A stretch of DNA of 64,000 bases from an uncultured cyanobacterium (GCA_963740315.1 CAVUDP010000001.1:288001-352000), one strand, 5' to 3'. Shown: positions 30,977 to 40,237, counted from the first letter of the stretch. A program made the numbers and translations. The notes: generated from the letters alone by a model not told the origin.

Positions 30977-32737
30977 ATGAAAAGTTATCGGCAACCGCAA
31001 AAAAGATTTTTTTATTTTGTTGCGTCTATTATTCTGTATTTTTTACTTACTATTGTTCCCTTTTCGCCAACTCACGCTCAAGTACCTATTCCCACACCGA
31101 CACCAACCCCCGCTACCACTTCGGTAAATAAAGGGGCACCTGTAGAGCTTGGAGGAGAAGAACTTTTTAACATTCGCGCTGGAGTAGGAGCATTTTCTCC
31201 GGAAGAGCGTGCTGAAGCCGTAAGCAATCGTATTCTCAAACTTGCGGACGATCCAACAATTCCAGCAGATAGAATTACAATCGATGACCAACCTTTAACT
31301 ACTAATTTAACCGTAGATAATCGCGTACTGTTAACTATAACAGATGGAGATGCAAGAGTCGCCGACCAACCCCGACAAGAATTAGCTAGAAACTACCAAG
31401 AAAAAATTCAAAACACAATAACACAATATCGCATCGAACGCAGTCCCGATTACATTCGTCAAGCAATATTTAATAGCGCGATCGCAACAGTTCTTCTGAT
31501 AGGAACTTTAATTTTATTTGCGATAATCTTTCCTTGGCTTTATCGAAAAGTAAACAATTTACAAAGTACGCGATTTCCAACAATCAGAATACAAAACTTT
31601 GAGCTATTAACAGCTACCCGAATTCATCGAATATTAATTGGTTTACTCAAATTAATCAGGTTTGTATTAACCTTGGGCGCACTTGTAATCTACGTACCCT
31701 TGGTAATGAGTTTCTTCCCTTTGACAAGACAAATTAGTTTAAGGGTATTCAGATATTTTTTGCTAGCAGCAGAAACTTCTTGGGAAGCATTTCTCAGTTA
31801 TTTACCGAATCTTTTTGCCCTTAGCATTATTCTTTTCATTACTTTCTACTTGATTAAGTTAATGAGGAATTTCTTTACCTCTATAGGTAACGGAACTTTA
31901 ACTGTTCAAGGATTTTATCCAGAATGGGCGGAACCGACTTTTAAACTATCGGTATTTTTAATTGTAATTCTTGCAGCGGTAATTGCTTTTCCTTATCTAC
32001 CAGGATTTGGTTCACCAGCATTTCAAGGAATATCGCTGTTTTTGGGTTTACTCTTATCTTTGGGTTCTAGCGTCGTAGTAGCCAACGTTGTCGCCGGAAT
32101 TATCTTAATTTACACCCGTGCTTTTCAGATTGGAGACAGAATAAAAATTGGTGATGCTATTGGTGACGTTGTAGAAAAAACTTTATTTGTTACCCGTATG
32201 CGTACTGTTAAAAACGTAATTATTACCCTTCCTAATACCAGCGTTTTTACCAGTCAAATAGTTAACTATACCGCTGCCGAATTAGATCCCAACCAGGCAC
32301 CATTAATCTTACATACCACCATAACTTTGGGTTATGACGTACCCTGGCGCAAAGTACATCAAGTATTAGTTGACGCGGCAAAATCTACCACAAATCTTCT
32401 TTCCGAACCAGATCCTTTTGTATTGCAAACTAGTTTAGATGACTTTTATGTAAGTTACGAATTGAATGCTTTTACTCGCAATCCGAGTATAATGGCTCGC
32501 ATTTATTCGGAACTGCATCAAAACATTCAAGATAAATGTAACGAAGCAGGAATTGAAATTCTTTCACCACATTATTCAGCCGTGCGAGATGGAAGTCAAA
32601 CTACAATTCCAGAAGACTATCTTCCGAAGAATTATACGACACCTGGCTGGGGAATTTTCCCTCAAGGAAGCATACTTGATTTATTGAATAATAATCATAA
32701 TTCAAATCAAAATCAATCGAAAGAAGGTAAAGAGTAG
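30977..32737 (+). CDS. MscS-family mechanosensitive channel with periplasmic N-domain
   Basis: NVVAGIIL..TRAFQIGDRIKIGD, PN, LGYDVPW. Confidence 0.9.
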   Translation: MKSYRQPQKRFFYFVASIILYFLLTIVPFSPTHAQVPIPTPTPTPATTSVNKGAPVELGGEELFNIRAGVGAFSPEERAEAVSNRILKLADDPTIPADRITIDDQPLTTNLTVDNRVLLTITDGDARVADQPRQELARNYQEKIQNTITQYRIERSPDYIRQAIFNSAIATVLLIGTLILFAIIFPWLYRKVNNLQSTRFPTIRIQNFELLTATRIHRILIGLLKLIRFVLTLGALVIYVPLVMSFFPLTRQISLRVFRYFLLAAETSWEAFLSYLPNLFALSIILFITFYLIKLMRNFFTSIGNGTLTVQGFYPEWAEPTFKLSVFLIVILAAVIAFPYLPGFGSPAFQGISLFLGLLLSLGSSVVVANVVAGIILIYTRAFQIGDRIKIGDAIGDVVEKTLFVTRMRTVKNVIITLPNTSVFTSQIVNYTAAELDPNQAPLILHTTITLGYDVPWRKVHQVLVDAAKSTTNLLSEPDPFVLQTSLDDFYVSYELNAFTRNPSIMARIYSELHQNIQDKCNEAGIEILSPHYSAVRDGSQTTIPEDYLPKNYTTPGWGIFPQGSILDLLNNNHNSNQNQSKEGKE

Positions 32738-32999
32738 GTTTTTGTTTGTAGTAAGGACTTTAGTCCTTTTAAGGAGAGGACTGAAGTCCTTACTACGAAC
32801 CCGAACGATTTATTTTGTTATTGTTTGTAGTAAAGGCATTATTTATTTTTAAAGAGAGGACTGAAGTCCTTACTACGAACCTTAAATGATATTTAATTTG
32901 TGTAAATTATAATTAGATTATAAGGTAACACAAAGCTTTTATATTTTTAAATCTAAAATCCAAATTTCTAAATTAACTCTTATTCTTAACTAAATAAAA

Positions 33000-33917
33000 A
33001 TGACCAACTCACTTACAAATATTCAAAGCTGGCTATCCGATCCTACTATTAGCAGATTAATTGAAGTTGCCATCGGCATTGTAATTATTGCATTAGTTTT
33101 CCGGTTTATTAGCCAATCTTTACCGCGCTACATTCAAGACTCTGATACTCGTTACCGAACCCGTAAAGCTATTAGTTTTATCGGATACGTAACAATGCTG
33201 CTGTTTGCAGTTTTTGTATTTAGCGATCGCCCGGGGCAATTTACAGTAATCTTCGGTGTAGTCGGTGCGGGTATCGCTTTTGCACTACAAGAGGTAATCG
33301 GTAGTTTTGCTGGTTGGGTGGCAATTTCTTTTGGTCAATTTTATAAGCCAGGAGATAGAGTACAGTTAGGCGGTATCATGGGCGATGTGATTGACATCAG
33401 CATTTTGCGAACCACTTTAATGGAATGTGGTGACTGGGTAAAAGCCGATTTATATAATGGACGTATTGTCAGAATTGCTAACAGCTTTGTATTCAAAGAA
33501 CCCGTATATAACTATTCGGCAGACTTTGCTTTTCTTTGGGATGAAATTACCGTACCTGTAAAGTATGGTAGCGAACATAAATTAGCAAGAGAAATTTTAG
33601 AGAAAGTAGCGTTTGAAGTTACTAGTGAATATATTCCTCAAGCCAAACAACAATGGCATCAAATGACGAACAAATACTTAATTGAAGATGCACGAATAGA
33701 ACCAATAGTTACTTTAATAGCTAACGATAACTGGATGCAGTTTACAATTCGTTATCCTGTAAGTTACAAAAAGCGCCGCATTAAGAAAGACCAACTATTT
33801 ACTCGGATTCTCGATGAATTTGAAAACACCAACGGACGAGTTACATTTGCTTCCGCAACTTTCGAGCTTGTAGAAGCCCCTACATTTAACGTCAGATTGA
33901 CAGATAAAGTCATTTAG
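33000..33917 (+). CDS. MscS-family mechanosensitive channel
   Basis: GIAFALQE, YKPGDRVQLGG..GDVIDI. Confidence 0.9.
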   Translation: MTNSLTNIQSWLSDPTISRLIEVAIGIVIIALVFRFISQSLPRYIQDSDTRYRTRKAISFIGYVTMLLFAVFVFSDRPGQFTVIFGVVGAGIAFALQEVIGSFAGWVAISFGQFYKPGDRVQLGGIMGDVIDISILRTTLMECGDWVKADLYNGRIVRIANSFVFKEPVYNYSADFAFLWDEITVPVKYGSEHKLAREILEKVAFEVTSEYIPQAKQQWHQMTNKYLIEDARIEPIVTLIANDNWMQFTIRYPVSYKKRRIKKDQLFTRILDEFENTNGRVTFASATFELVEAPTFNVRLTDKVI

Positions 33918-33999
33918 AAACCTGCCTCTTCAATATAGAAATGCTATGGTTAGAATAAAGATAAAATCCTACACATTCTAATACTAATAGGAGACGATC

Positions 34000-34158
34000 G
34001 TGGATTTAATTCGCATAATTTGTGCTATTTTCCTTCCCCCTTTAGGAGTATTTTTACAGGTTGGTATCGGTACTGACTTTTGGATTAATATTGTTTTAAC
34101 CTTGTTAGGATATTTTCCTGGAATTATTCACGCAGTTTGGGTAATTGCGAGAAAATGA
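34000..34158 (+). CDS. YqaE/Pmp3 family membrane peptide (52 aa), missed by ORF track
   Basis: GTG start after AGGAG; MDLIRIICAIFLPPLGVFLQVGIGTDFWINIVLTLLGYFPGIIHAVWVIARK*. Confidence 0.93.
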   Translation: MDLIRIICAIFLPPLGVFLQVGIGTDFWINIVLTLLGYFPGIIHAVWVIARK

Positions 34159-34233
34159 AAAATTAATAATTATAAAAGATAGAAGAAAGAGTAAAAAATT
34201 ACTGTTTCCTTCTATTTTTTTATGTAACATTAC

Positions 34234-35769
34234 TTAGCCAAACCCACCACCACCAGGGGTTTCGATCGCAAAAACATCCCCAGCTTTCATTTCTACTGTT
34301 GCGGTACTATCTAGTATTTCCTCGCTTCCATCTTTACGTATTACCAAGTTACGCCCAACTTTTCCCGCATTTCCATTATTTAAACCAAAGGGAGATATCA
34401 AACGATGACTGCAAAGAATATTCGCTGTCATATTTTCTAAAAATTGGATGCGACGAATCACGCCATTACCACCCGAATGTTTTCCCTTACCACCGCTACC
34501 GAGACGCAAACTAAAGTTTTCTAAAAGTACGGGATATCGCGTTTCTAATACTTCGGGATCGGTTAAGCGCGAATTCGTCATGTGAGTTTGCACCGCATCC
34601 GTACCGTCAAAGTCTGCACCAGCACCGGAGCCACCACATATTGTTTCATAATATTGATAGTTTTCGTTGCCGAAAGTAAAATTATTCATCGTACCTTGGG
34701 AACCAGCCATTACACCCAAAGCACCATACAAAGCATCGACAATAGTTTGGGAAGTTTCCACATTACCCGCGACTACTGCTGCTGGATAAGTTGGGTTGAG
34801 CATACAGCCTTGGGGAATGATAATTTCTAAAGGGTTAAGACAACCTGCGTTGAGAGGAATATTATCATTAACTAAGGTGCGGAAGACATATAAAACGGCG
34901 GCTTGAGTTACAGCTTTGGGAGCATTAAAGTTACTATTTAGCTGTTTGGATGTGCCGGTAAAATCTATTATTGCACTGCGATTTTCTTTATTGATAGTAA
35001 CTTTAACTTGAATTTTCGCGCCGCTATCCATTTCATAACTAAACGAACCATCTTTTAAAACATCAATTGCTTTTCGTACCGCTTCTTCGGCATTATCCTG
35101 GACAAATCGCATATAATCTTGTACTACTTCCAAGCTATATTGCTCAACCATTTTGAGTAATTCTTGAACGCCGCGATTGTTGGCCGCAATTTGTGCTTTA
35201 AAATCAGCTATATTTTGGTCGGGATTTCTGGCTGGATAAGTATGATTTGCAAGTATTTCCCTCACCGCATCTTCTCGAAAATTACCTGATTCAACCAAAA
35301 GAAAATTATCAAATAAAATTCCTTCCTCTTCTATAGTCTTACTATGAGGAGGCATGGAGCCGGGTGTAATTCCGCCGATATCCGCTTGATGTCCCCTCGA
35401 AGCAACGTAAAAAATGGGAGTGTCGGAAGAAAAAACGGGGGTAATTGCTGTTACATCGGGAAGATGAGTTCCGCCGTTATAAGGGTTATTTGATAAATAG
35501 ACATTTCCCGGTTTTAAACTGTCGCCTTTATCAACGATCAAACTGCGGACGCTTTCACTCATTGAACCCAAATGTACGGGAATATGAGGAGCATTTGCAA
35601 CTAACAAACCTGAAGAATCAAAGATTGCACAGGAAAAGTCTAAACGTTCTTTGATATTTACCGATGCTGCGGTATTTTGCAGCACGATTCCCATTTGTTC
35701 GGCAATAAATTGATAGAGATTTTTGAAGATTTCTAAGCGAACTGGGTCGGGTTTTGATGTTTTATGCAT
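34234..35769 (-). CDS. Hydantoinase B/5-oxoprolinase subunit
   Basis: [44 protein letters not shown]. Confidence 0.93.
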   Translation of the reverse strand: MHKTSKPDPVRLEIFKNLYQFIAEQMGIVLQNTAASVNIKERLDFSCAIFDSSGLLVANAPHIPVHLGSMSESVRSLIVDKGDSLKPGNVYLSNNPYNGGTHLPDVTAITPVFSSDTPIFYVASRGHQADIGGITPGSMPPHSKTIEEEGILFDNFLLVESGNFREDAVREILANHTYPARNPDQNIADFKAQIAANNRGVQELLKMVEQYSLEVVQDYMRFVQDNAEEAVRKAIDVLKDGSFSYEMDSGAKIQVKVTINKENRSAIIDFTGTSKQLNSNFNAPKAVTQAAVLYVFRTLVNDNIPLNAGCLNPLEIIIPQGCMLNPTYPAAVVAGNVETSQTIVDALYGALGVMAGSQGTMNNFTFGNENYQYYETICGGSGAGADFDGTDAVQTHMTNSRLTDPEVLETRYPVLLENFSLRLGSGGKGKHSGGNGVIRRIQFLENMTANILCSHRLISPFGLNNGNAGKVGRNLVIRKDGSEEILDSTATVEMKAGDVFAIETPGGGGFG

Positions 35770-35862
35770 GGTTAATTGTTTATAACTGTGACTCAAAGTT
35801 CGTAGTAAGGGCTTTAGCCCTTAAATCGGAGGGCTTAAGCCCTTACTACAAACCTATATTAA

Positions 35863-36408
35863 CTATCTGTTTTTTTCGCCAAAATTACGAGAATCATCTA
35901 AAATTTGATTAAATTGAGAGATTGCTTTCCAAGGATTTTGACCTTTGATTGCAGTTGTAACTATAAATTCATAGGGGTTTCTTTTCATTCGCATAACTGT
36001 TGATATGGCTTCTTGGTTGGAAAATCCCCTTTGATAAACTAACCATGCTGCTAAAACCTGTCCCGTGCGTCCAATTCCAGCAGAGCAGTGAACTACTACT
36101 TTTTCATTTTGGCGATCGCTTTCTACCAAAAATGGTAATATTTCCTCGATTAATAATTGCTTATCAACTAAATTAAAATCTTCAATCGGTGCCCAGCAAA
36201 TTTGTTTTAATCCAAATTCTTTTTTATATAAGTCTAGTAAGTTTGAATAATTATTTAATTGACTTTGGGCAAGCAAACAGCAAACGCGCTTTATACTTTG
36301 ACTTTGCATAAATTCAATCCACTGCAAAACCTGTTTATCCCGATATCCAGGTTTTGCACAACCATATACAATAGTTTCATGTTCGCTTGCTGCTGCAAAT
36401 CTGTACAT
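35863..36408 (-). CDS. Dual-specificity/tyrosine protein phosphatase
   Basis: VVHCSAGIGRTG (CX5R). Confidence 0.92.
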   Translation of the reverse strand: MYRFAAASEHETIVYGCAKPGYRDKQVLQWIEFMQSQSIKRVCCLLAQSQLNNYSNLLDLYKKEFGLKQICWAPIEDFNLVDKQLLIEEILPFLVESDRQNEKVVVHCSAGIGRTGQVLAAWLVYQRGFSNQEAISTVMRMKRNPYEFIVTTAIKGQNPWKAISQFNQILDDSRNFGEKNR

Positions 36409-36534
36409 ACTGTTTTATCAATATTTTTAAATAATATTTTTTTTATCGCACAAAGTTAAAATTATTAATTATTGCCAATCTTCTCTAATAGTATTGAATG
36501 TTAGTATAATTTATGCAACCTAAAACGTCTATCA

Positions 36535-36888
36535 ATGACTCAATTCATAGCTTTACTAATTTCCTTAGCTATTGAAATTCCGATTATTTTATTGCTAACA
36601 CATTTTTCACAAAGATTCTCGTCTTTCGTTGAACTCTTAGCAATGTTTGCTCTGGCTTGCGGTGCAACTCTTTTAACTCATCCTATGGCATGGACGAGCA
36701 ATCAAATCATTATTTTTTACTTATTTCCCCCACTCACAATAATTATCGTTGAAGCTATTGTTATCTTAATTGAAGGTTTTTTATATTCGCAAGTATTAGA
36801 TATAGGATGGAAAAAAGGCTTTTGTATATCATTAATTGCTAATATCGCTTCCTATCTTGGTGGAGTAATTATTTTGAAATCTTTTTAG
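36535..36888 (+). CDS. Hypothetical membrane protein
   Basis: Four hydrophobic segments; E...THP...E...N pattern. Confidence 0.7.
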   Translation: MTQFIALLISLAIEIPIILLLTHFSQRFSSFVELLAMFALACGATLLTHPMAWTSNQIIIFYLFPPLTIIIVEAIVILIEGFLYSQVLDIGWKKGFCISLIANIASYLGGVIILKSF

Positions 36889-37057
36889 TTATTTTTTTAG
36901 CCAGAATTGCTACTGCGATCGAGTATAGTTATGGTTTAATAAAAGTAAATATAATCAAGAATGTATTTTCACGTTATTAGATAACAATACGACGCATTAT
37001 TTATAACTCAAAAATCATTAAGTTGCATATTTATTCGTAGCTCGTAAAAATAAATCC

Positions 37058-37091
37058 TTCACTTTGTATTATTGTGTGCTACAGTTGTAGC
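37058..37091 (+). promoter_or_regulatory. Putative sigma70 promoter with overlapping palindromic operator
   Basis: TTCACT-16-TACAGT with extended TG (37077-78); perfect inverted repeat GCTACA-gt-TGTAGC at 37078-37091; predicted TSS ~37092 coincides with the 5' end of the first structured element. Confidence 0.5.
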
Positions 37092-37192
37092 GAGATAGTA
37101 GTAAAGCTTCGCTATAGTTCGGGTTCAGTATACCCGACTGGTGCGCCGAGCAATGCTTTGAGCGTATACCGCGAACAACTTGAAACTATTTC
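37092..37192 (+). ncRNA. Putative ~100-nt structured RNA with paired 5'/3' ends (Y-RNA-like architecture)
   Basis: GAGATAGT/ACTATTTC terminal helix, TTCGC/GCGAA inner helix, internal TCGGGT-TCAGTAT-ACCCGA hairpin. Confidence 0.5.
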
Positions 37193-37196
37193 AACA

Positions 37197-37269
37197 GTTT
37201 AATTAGCTCAGTGGTAGAGCAGTAGACTCATAATCTAAAGGTTCGTAGGTTCGATTCCTGCATTAAACA
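37197..37269 (+). tRNA. Atypical tRNA, anticodon CAT (Met or Ile2-type)
   Basis: Acceptor GTTTAAT/ATTAAAC; D arm GCTC-AGTGGTA-GAGC; anticodon arm (G)TAGA-CTCATAA-TCTA(A); T arm GTAGG-TTCGATT-CCTGC; no encoded CCA. Confidence 0.8.
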
Positions 37270-37271
37270 CC

Positions 37272-37345
37272 CGGAAGTTAGCTCACTGGTAGAGCAATAG
37301 ACTCATAATCTATGATTAGCAGGTTCGATTCCTGTACTTCAACCA
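37272..37345 (+). tRNA. Degenerate tRNA-like gene, anticodon CAT, defective acceptor stem
   Basis: D arm GCTC-ACTGGTA-GAGC; ATAGA-CTCATAA-TCTAT; GCAGG-TTCGATT-CCTGT; only 5 acceptor pairs (GAAGT/ACTTC); ends ACCA. Confidence 0.65.
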
Positions 37346-37350
37346 ACACC

Positions 37351-37367
37351 CTACCCTGTCACGGTAG
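37351..37367 (+). other. Isolated anticodon-like stem-loop (loop CUGUCAC, Asp-type)
   Basis: CTACC-CTGTCAC-GGTAG: 5-bp stem with a 7-nt loop. Confidence 0.4.
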
Positions 37368-37379
37368 ACAAACTTTATA

Positions 37380-37445
37380 ACGCTCCTAAGCTCCTTGCTA
37401 GAAACAAGGTTCCCTTCGGTTCGATTCGTCGAAACAGGGGAGCGT
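37380..37445 (+). ncRNA. D-armless tRNA-like element
   Basis: ACGCTCC/GGAGCGT 7-bp closing stem, CCTTG-CTAGAAA-CAAGG anticodon-like arm, GGTTCGATTC T-loop motif. Confidence 0.5.
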
Positions 37446-37472
37446 AATCCTAACAAATGCCTTGAAAAAGGC

Positions 37473-37766
37473 AAACTCCGCGATGTAGGTGCTTGCAGCC
37501 GTTCGTTACTTGTTAACTTTCGGTAGCTATGGTGAAGGAGCCAGAGCGATCGCATCCATCTTTAACTTGAGTATGTGCTTCGTTGCTGCATTCAGTTTTT
37601 CTCCGGAAATTCTGGAAAAGCAAAGCGAACCTTGTATTTGAGAATTGTTTGATGATTTGAGATTACCTCCGGGTAATTTAAGGTAAGATAACAGTTCTCT
37701 TAATCCAGTTACTGAGAAGCTTTCGCCCGCAACGGAACCGTATCCGCACTTGCATTTGCGGAGTTT
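37473..37766 (+). ncRNA. Putative ~294-nt highly structured RNA of unknown class
   Basis: AAACTCCGCGATGTAGGTGC pairs with GCACTTGCATTTGCGGAGTTT; nested CCGTT/AACGG, GAGAATTGTT/AACAGTTCTC and AGATTACC-TCCG-GGTAATTT (cUNCGg). Confidence 0.6.
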
Positions 37767-38032
37767 TTAATCTTCTTGTAATATGTGTAATACACGAGGT
37801 TTTGTGATTAGAGAAAAGAAATGGTAGTGTCCGCATCTTGCTTCCTAATTGATAAAAACCAAAATGATAATTGCAGGCTATCATTTATGGTACTTCCGAG
37901 CGACCAAGATGGTCGCACTACAAAATAAAAAATTAATACATTCCCAATTCCCTATTCCCTTTCAAATTATTTATGTTTCTATCTAGATTTTTTTCTTGGT
38001 TGCGACTGCCTAAATTATCTATAAAAATACCT

Positions 38033-39559
38033 ATGTGGAAAACTTTCTATATTAAACCCGGTGAAATCGGAATTTTATATAACCGCAGCGATTTTAAGAA
38101 GATTCTAACTTCTGGAACCTATACTTATTTTGGTAGATATTGGCGGGTTGAAACTTTCGATTTAAAGCAGCCAGAAGCGAACATCGAAAACCTGGAATTA
38201 TTATTAAGAGATAATGCTGCGGAACTGCAAGAGCATCTATTAGTGGTACGTACTGACTTTAATCAAGCTGCCTTAGTACGAATAGGGCAACAATGGATAA
38301 GTATTTTACCGAATCAATTACGAGCATTTTGGCGCGGTTTTATTGAAGTAGAATCGCATATCTTTAACTTAGAAGAAAGTATAGAATTACCCACACAATT
38401 CGTGCAGCAACTGCGTGGATTTGCTTTGAATGGGTTAAAAAAAATCTTAGTTAAAGAATATGAAATCGGTTTATTATACGTACAAAATAACTTTGTTCGT
38501 CCTCTCGAACCTGGAGAATACGCTTTTTGGGCAGTAAATAAAGATGTTACTTTTTATGCGATGAGTCGTCTGGTGCATAATCCCGAATTTCCTCTCGAAG
38601 AAGTATTGATTGAGAGACATCCGGAGTTTGTTGCTGCTTATTGTGAAACCGTACAAACAGTTGCTCAACAGGTTGCGATTGTTCGGTATCAAGGTAAAGC
38701 GATCGCCATATTACCTCCAACTAATCGCAAGTTATTTTGGCAAGGTGTTGATGTCGAAATTATCGATATCGGTAATGATGCGAAGTTGTCACCTAGTTTA
38801 GTCGCACAATTAGTTTCGGGCTTACCAGAAACTGTAGTATTGAGTCGCAACGCTTTGCACGTTTGTAAAGTACCCGCTCAACACATCGGTTTGCTGTACG
38901 TAAACCAAGAATATCAAACACAATTGCGATCGGGAATTCATGCATGGTGGGTGTTTGGGCGTTCTTTCCAAAGCGAGGTTATAGACTTGCGCTTGCAAAA
39001 TCTAGAGGTTTCGGGACAAGATATCTTATCGAAAGACAAAGTACCTCTGCGTTTGAACTTAACTGCTGGTTTCCGCATTCAAGATGCACTCAGAGCAAAA
39101 AATGGATTGTCAGATTTTTATGGTTATCTATATAAAGAATTACAGTTTGCTTTACGTGCTGCGGTAGGTGAAAAGACATTAGATGAAATGTTGGAAGACA
39201 AAGGAGCGATCGATATTAGTATTGCCGAATACATTCGTCCCAAAGCCGCAGAATACGGAATAGAAATTGATTCGGTAGGAGTAAAAGACATCATTCTTCC
39301 CGGAGAAATAAAAACTATTTTGAGCAAAGTTGTAGAAGCAGAAAAATCAGCCCAAGCCAATGTAGTACGACGTAGAGAAGAGACTGCTGCAACTCGCAGT
39401 ATGTTAAATACAGCCAGAGTTATGGAAGATAACCCCGTAGCATTGAGATTGAAAGAGTTAGAAGTATTAGAAAGAATTTCTGAAAAAATCGAGAAAATTC
39501 AAGTTAACGGCAGCTTGGATAGTATTTTAACTGACTTGATTCAGATTAATCGGAGTTAG
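38033..39559 (+). CDS. Slipin/SPFH (band 7) family protein with extended repeated N-terminus
   Basis: DLRLQNLEVSGQDILSKDKVPLRLNL, VKDIILPGEIK, RREETAATRSMLNTA; alternative start 37973. Confidence 0.9.
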   Translation: MWKTFYIKPGEIGILYNRSDFKKILTSGTYTYFGRYWRVETFDLKQPEANIENLELLLRDNAAELQEHLLVVRTDFNQAALVRIGQQWISILPNQLRAFWRGFIEVESHIFNLEESIELPTQFVQQLRGFALNGLKKILVKEYEIGLLYVQNNFVRPLEPGEYAFWAVNKDVTFYAMSRLVHNPEFPLEEVLIERHPEFVAAYCETVQTVAQQVAIVRYQGKAIAILPPTNRKLFWQGVDVEIIDIGNDAKLSPSLVAQLVSGLPETVVLSRNALHVCKVPAQHIGLLYVNQEYQTQLRSGIHAWWVFGRSFQSEVIDLRLQNLEVSGQDILSKDKVPLRLNLTAGFRIQDALRAKNGLSDFYGYLYKELQFALRAAVGEKTLDEMLEDKGAIDISIAEYIRPKAAEYGIEIDSVGVKDIILPGEIKTILSKVVEAEKSAQANVVRRREETAATRSMLNTARVMEDNPVALRLKELEVLERISEKIEKIQVNGSLDSILTDLIQINRS

Positions 39560-39572
39560 TTGTAAAAAAAAT

Positions 39573-39599
39573 GTAGAGACGTAGCAGTGCTACGTCTCC
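39573..39599. repeat. GTAGAGACGTAGCAGTGCTACGTCTC palindrome (family A)
   Basis: Near-identical copies at 28366-28391, 53855-53880, 61440-61468; degenerate copies near 5001, 23374, 45737, 48075. Confidence 0.85.
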
Positions 39600-39624
39600 A
39601 TCAATTAATAGAGGAATAATAATT

Positions 39625-39927
39625 ATGGGTATACCAAAAAAAGGATCGAGAAAAATAACTGTAGATGGAGAACCTTTCATCTGGTTAATTAGAAGAGATC
39701 CTACTTATTATTCTTCTGATGTTGCCTATATAAACGTTGCTGTAGAACATACTGAAGAATCCGGTTCAAAATTAGTTATTATGGCTGATAGACCTATTAT
39801 GAATCTTGATAAAATTCAAGTCAAACCAGTTACACCTGCGGAAGTAGCGTCATGGATAAATCAAGCAGTTAAAGCTGGATGGGAACCGAAAAAACCGGGT
39901 AAACCATTTGAGTTTATAGGTTCGTAG
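39625..39927 (+). CDS. Hypothetical protein
   Basis: GAGG SD; MGIPKKGSRKITVDG..F.W and ...AVKAGWEP..PG pattern; stop codon lies in a family B repeat. Confidence 0.7.
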   Translation: MGIPKKGSRKITVDGEPFIWLIRRDPTYYSSDVAYINVAVEHTEESGSKLVIMADRPIMNLDKIQVKPVTPAEVASWINQAVKAGWEPKKPGKPFEFIGS

Positions 39928-40237
39928 TAAGGACTTTAGTCCTAAATTCAAGGACTAAAGTCCTTACTACAAACTTTAAAAACCTATTTCAACTTGATGA
40001 GTTCGTTTTATGCCAAATAGCATTTAGGATGTAGATATTTTTGAATTAATTAGTCATCATTAAAATAAATGGTGCGTTACGGCTTCGCTAAATTGTAATT
40101 TATTAAGATATATTATTCGTGCCGTAACACAACGGCAATATTGGGGGAGGAACATCCACACCCGGACACTTGCTACAACGGGGGGAACCCCCGCAACGCA
40201 GTGTCCTCCCAATTTGCCTCCCCTACAAAAACATATT

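Noticed and set aside
37473..37766. RNase P RNA, tmRNA, 6S or group I intron identity
   Set aside because: No GAGGAAAGTCC, no tmRNA-like ends or tag frame, no recognisable P7 elements or flanking split tRNA exons by eye
37778..37793. NtcA box
   Set aside because: Spacing is GTA-N10-TAC rather than GTA-N8-TAC
37316..37884. ORF-track ORFs 37316..37555 and 37678..37884 (minus strand)
   Set aside because: No recognisable protein features; they lie antisense to the tRNA-like and structured RNA elements
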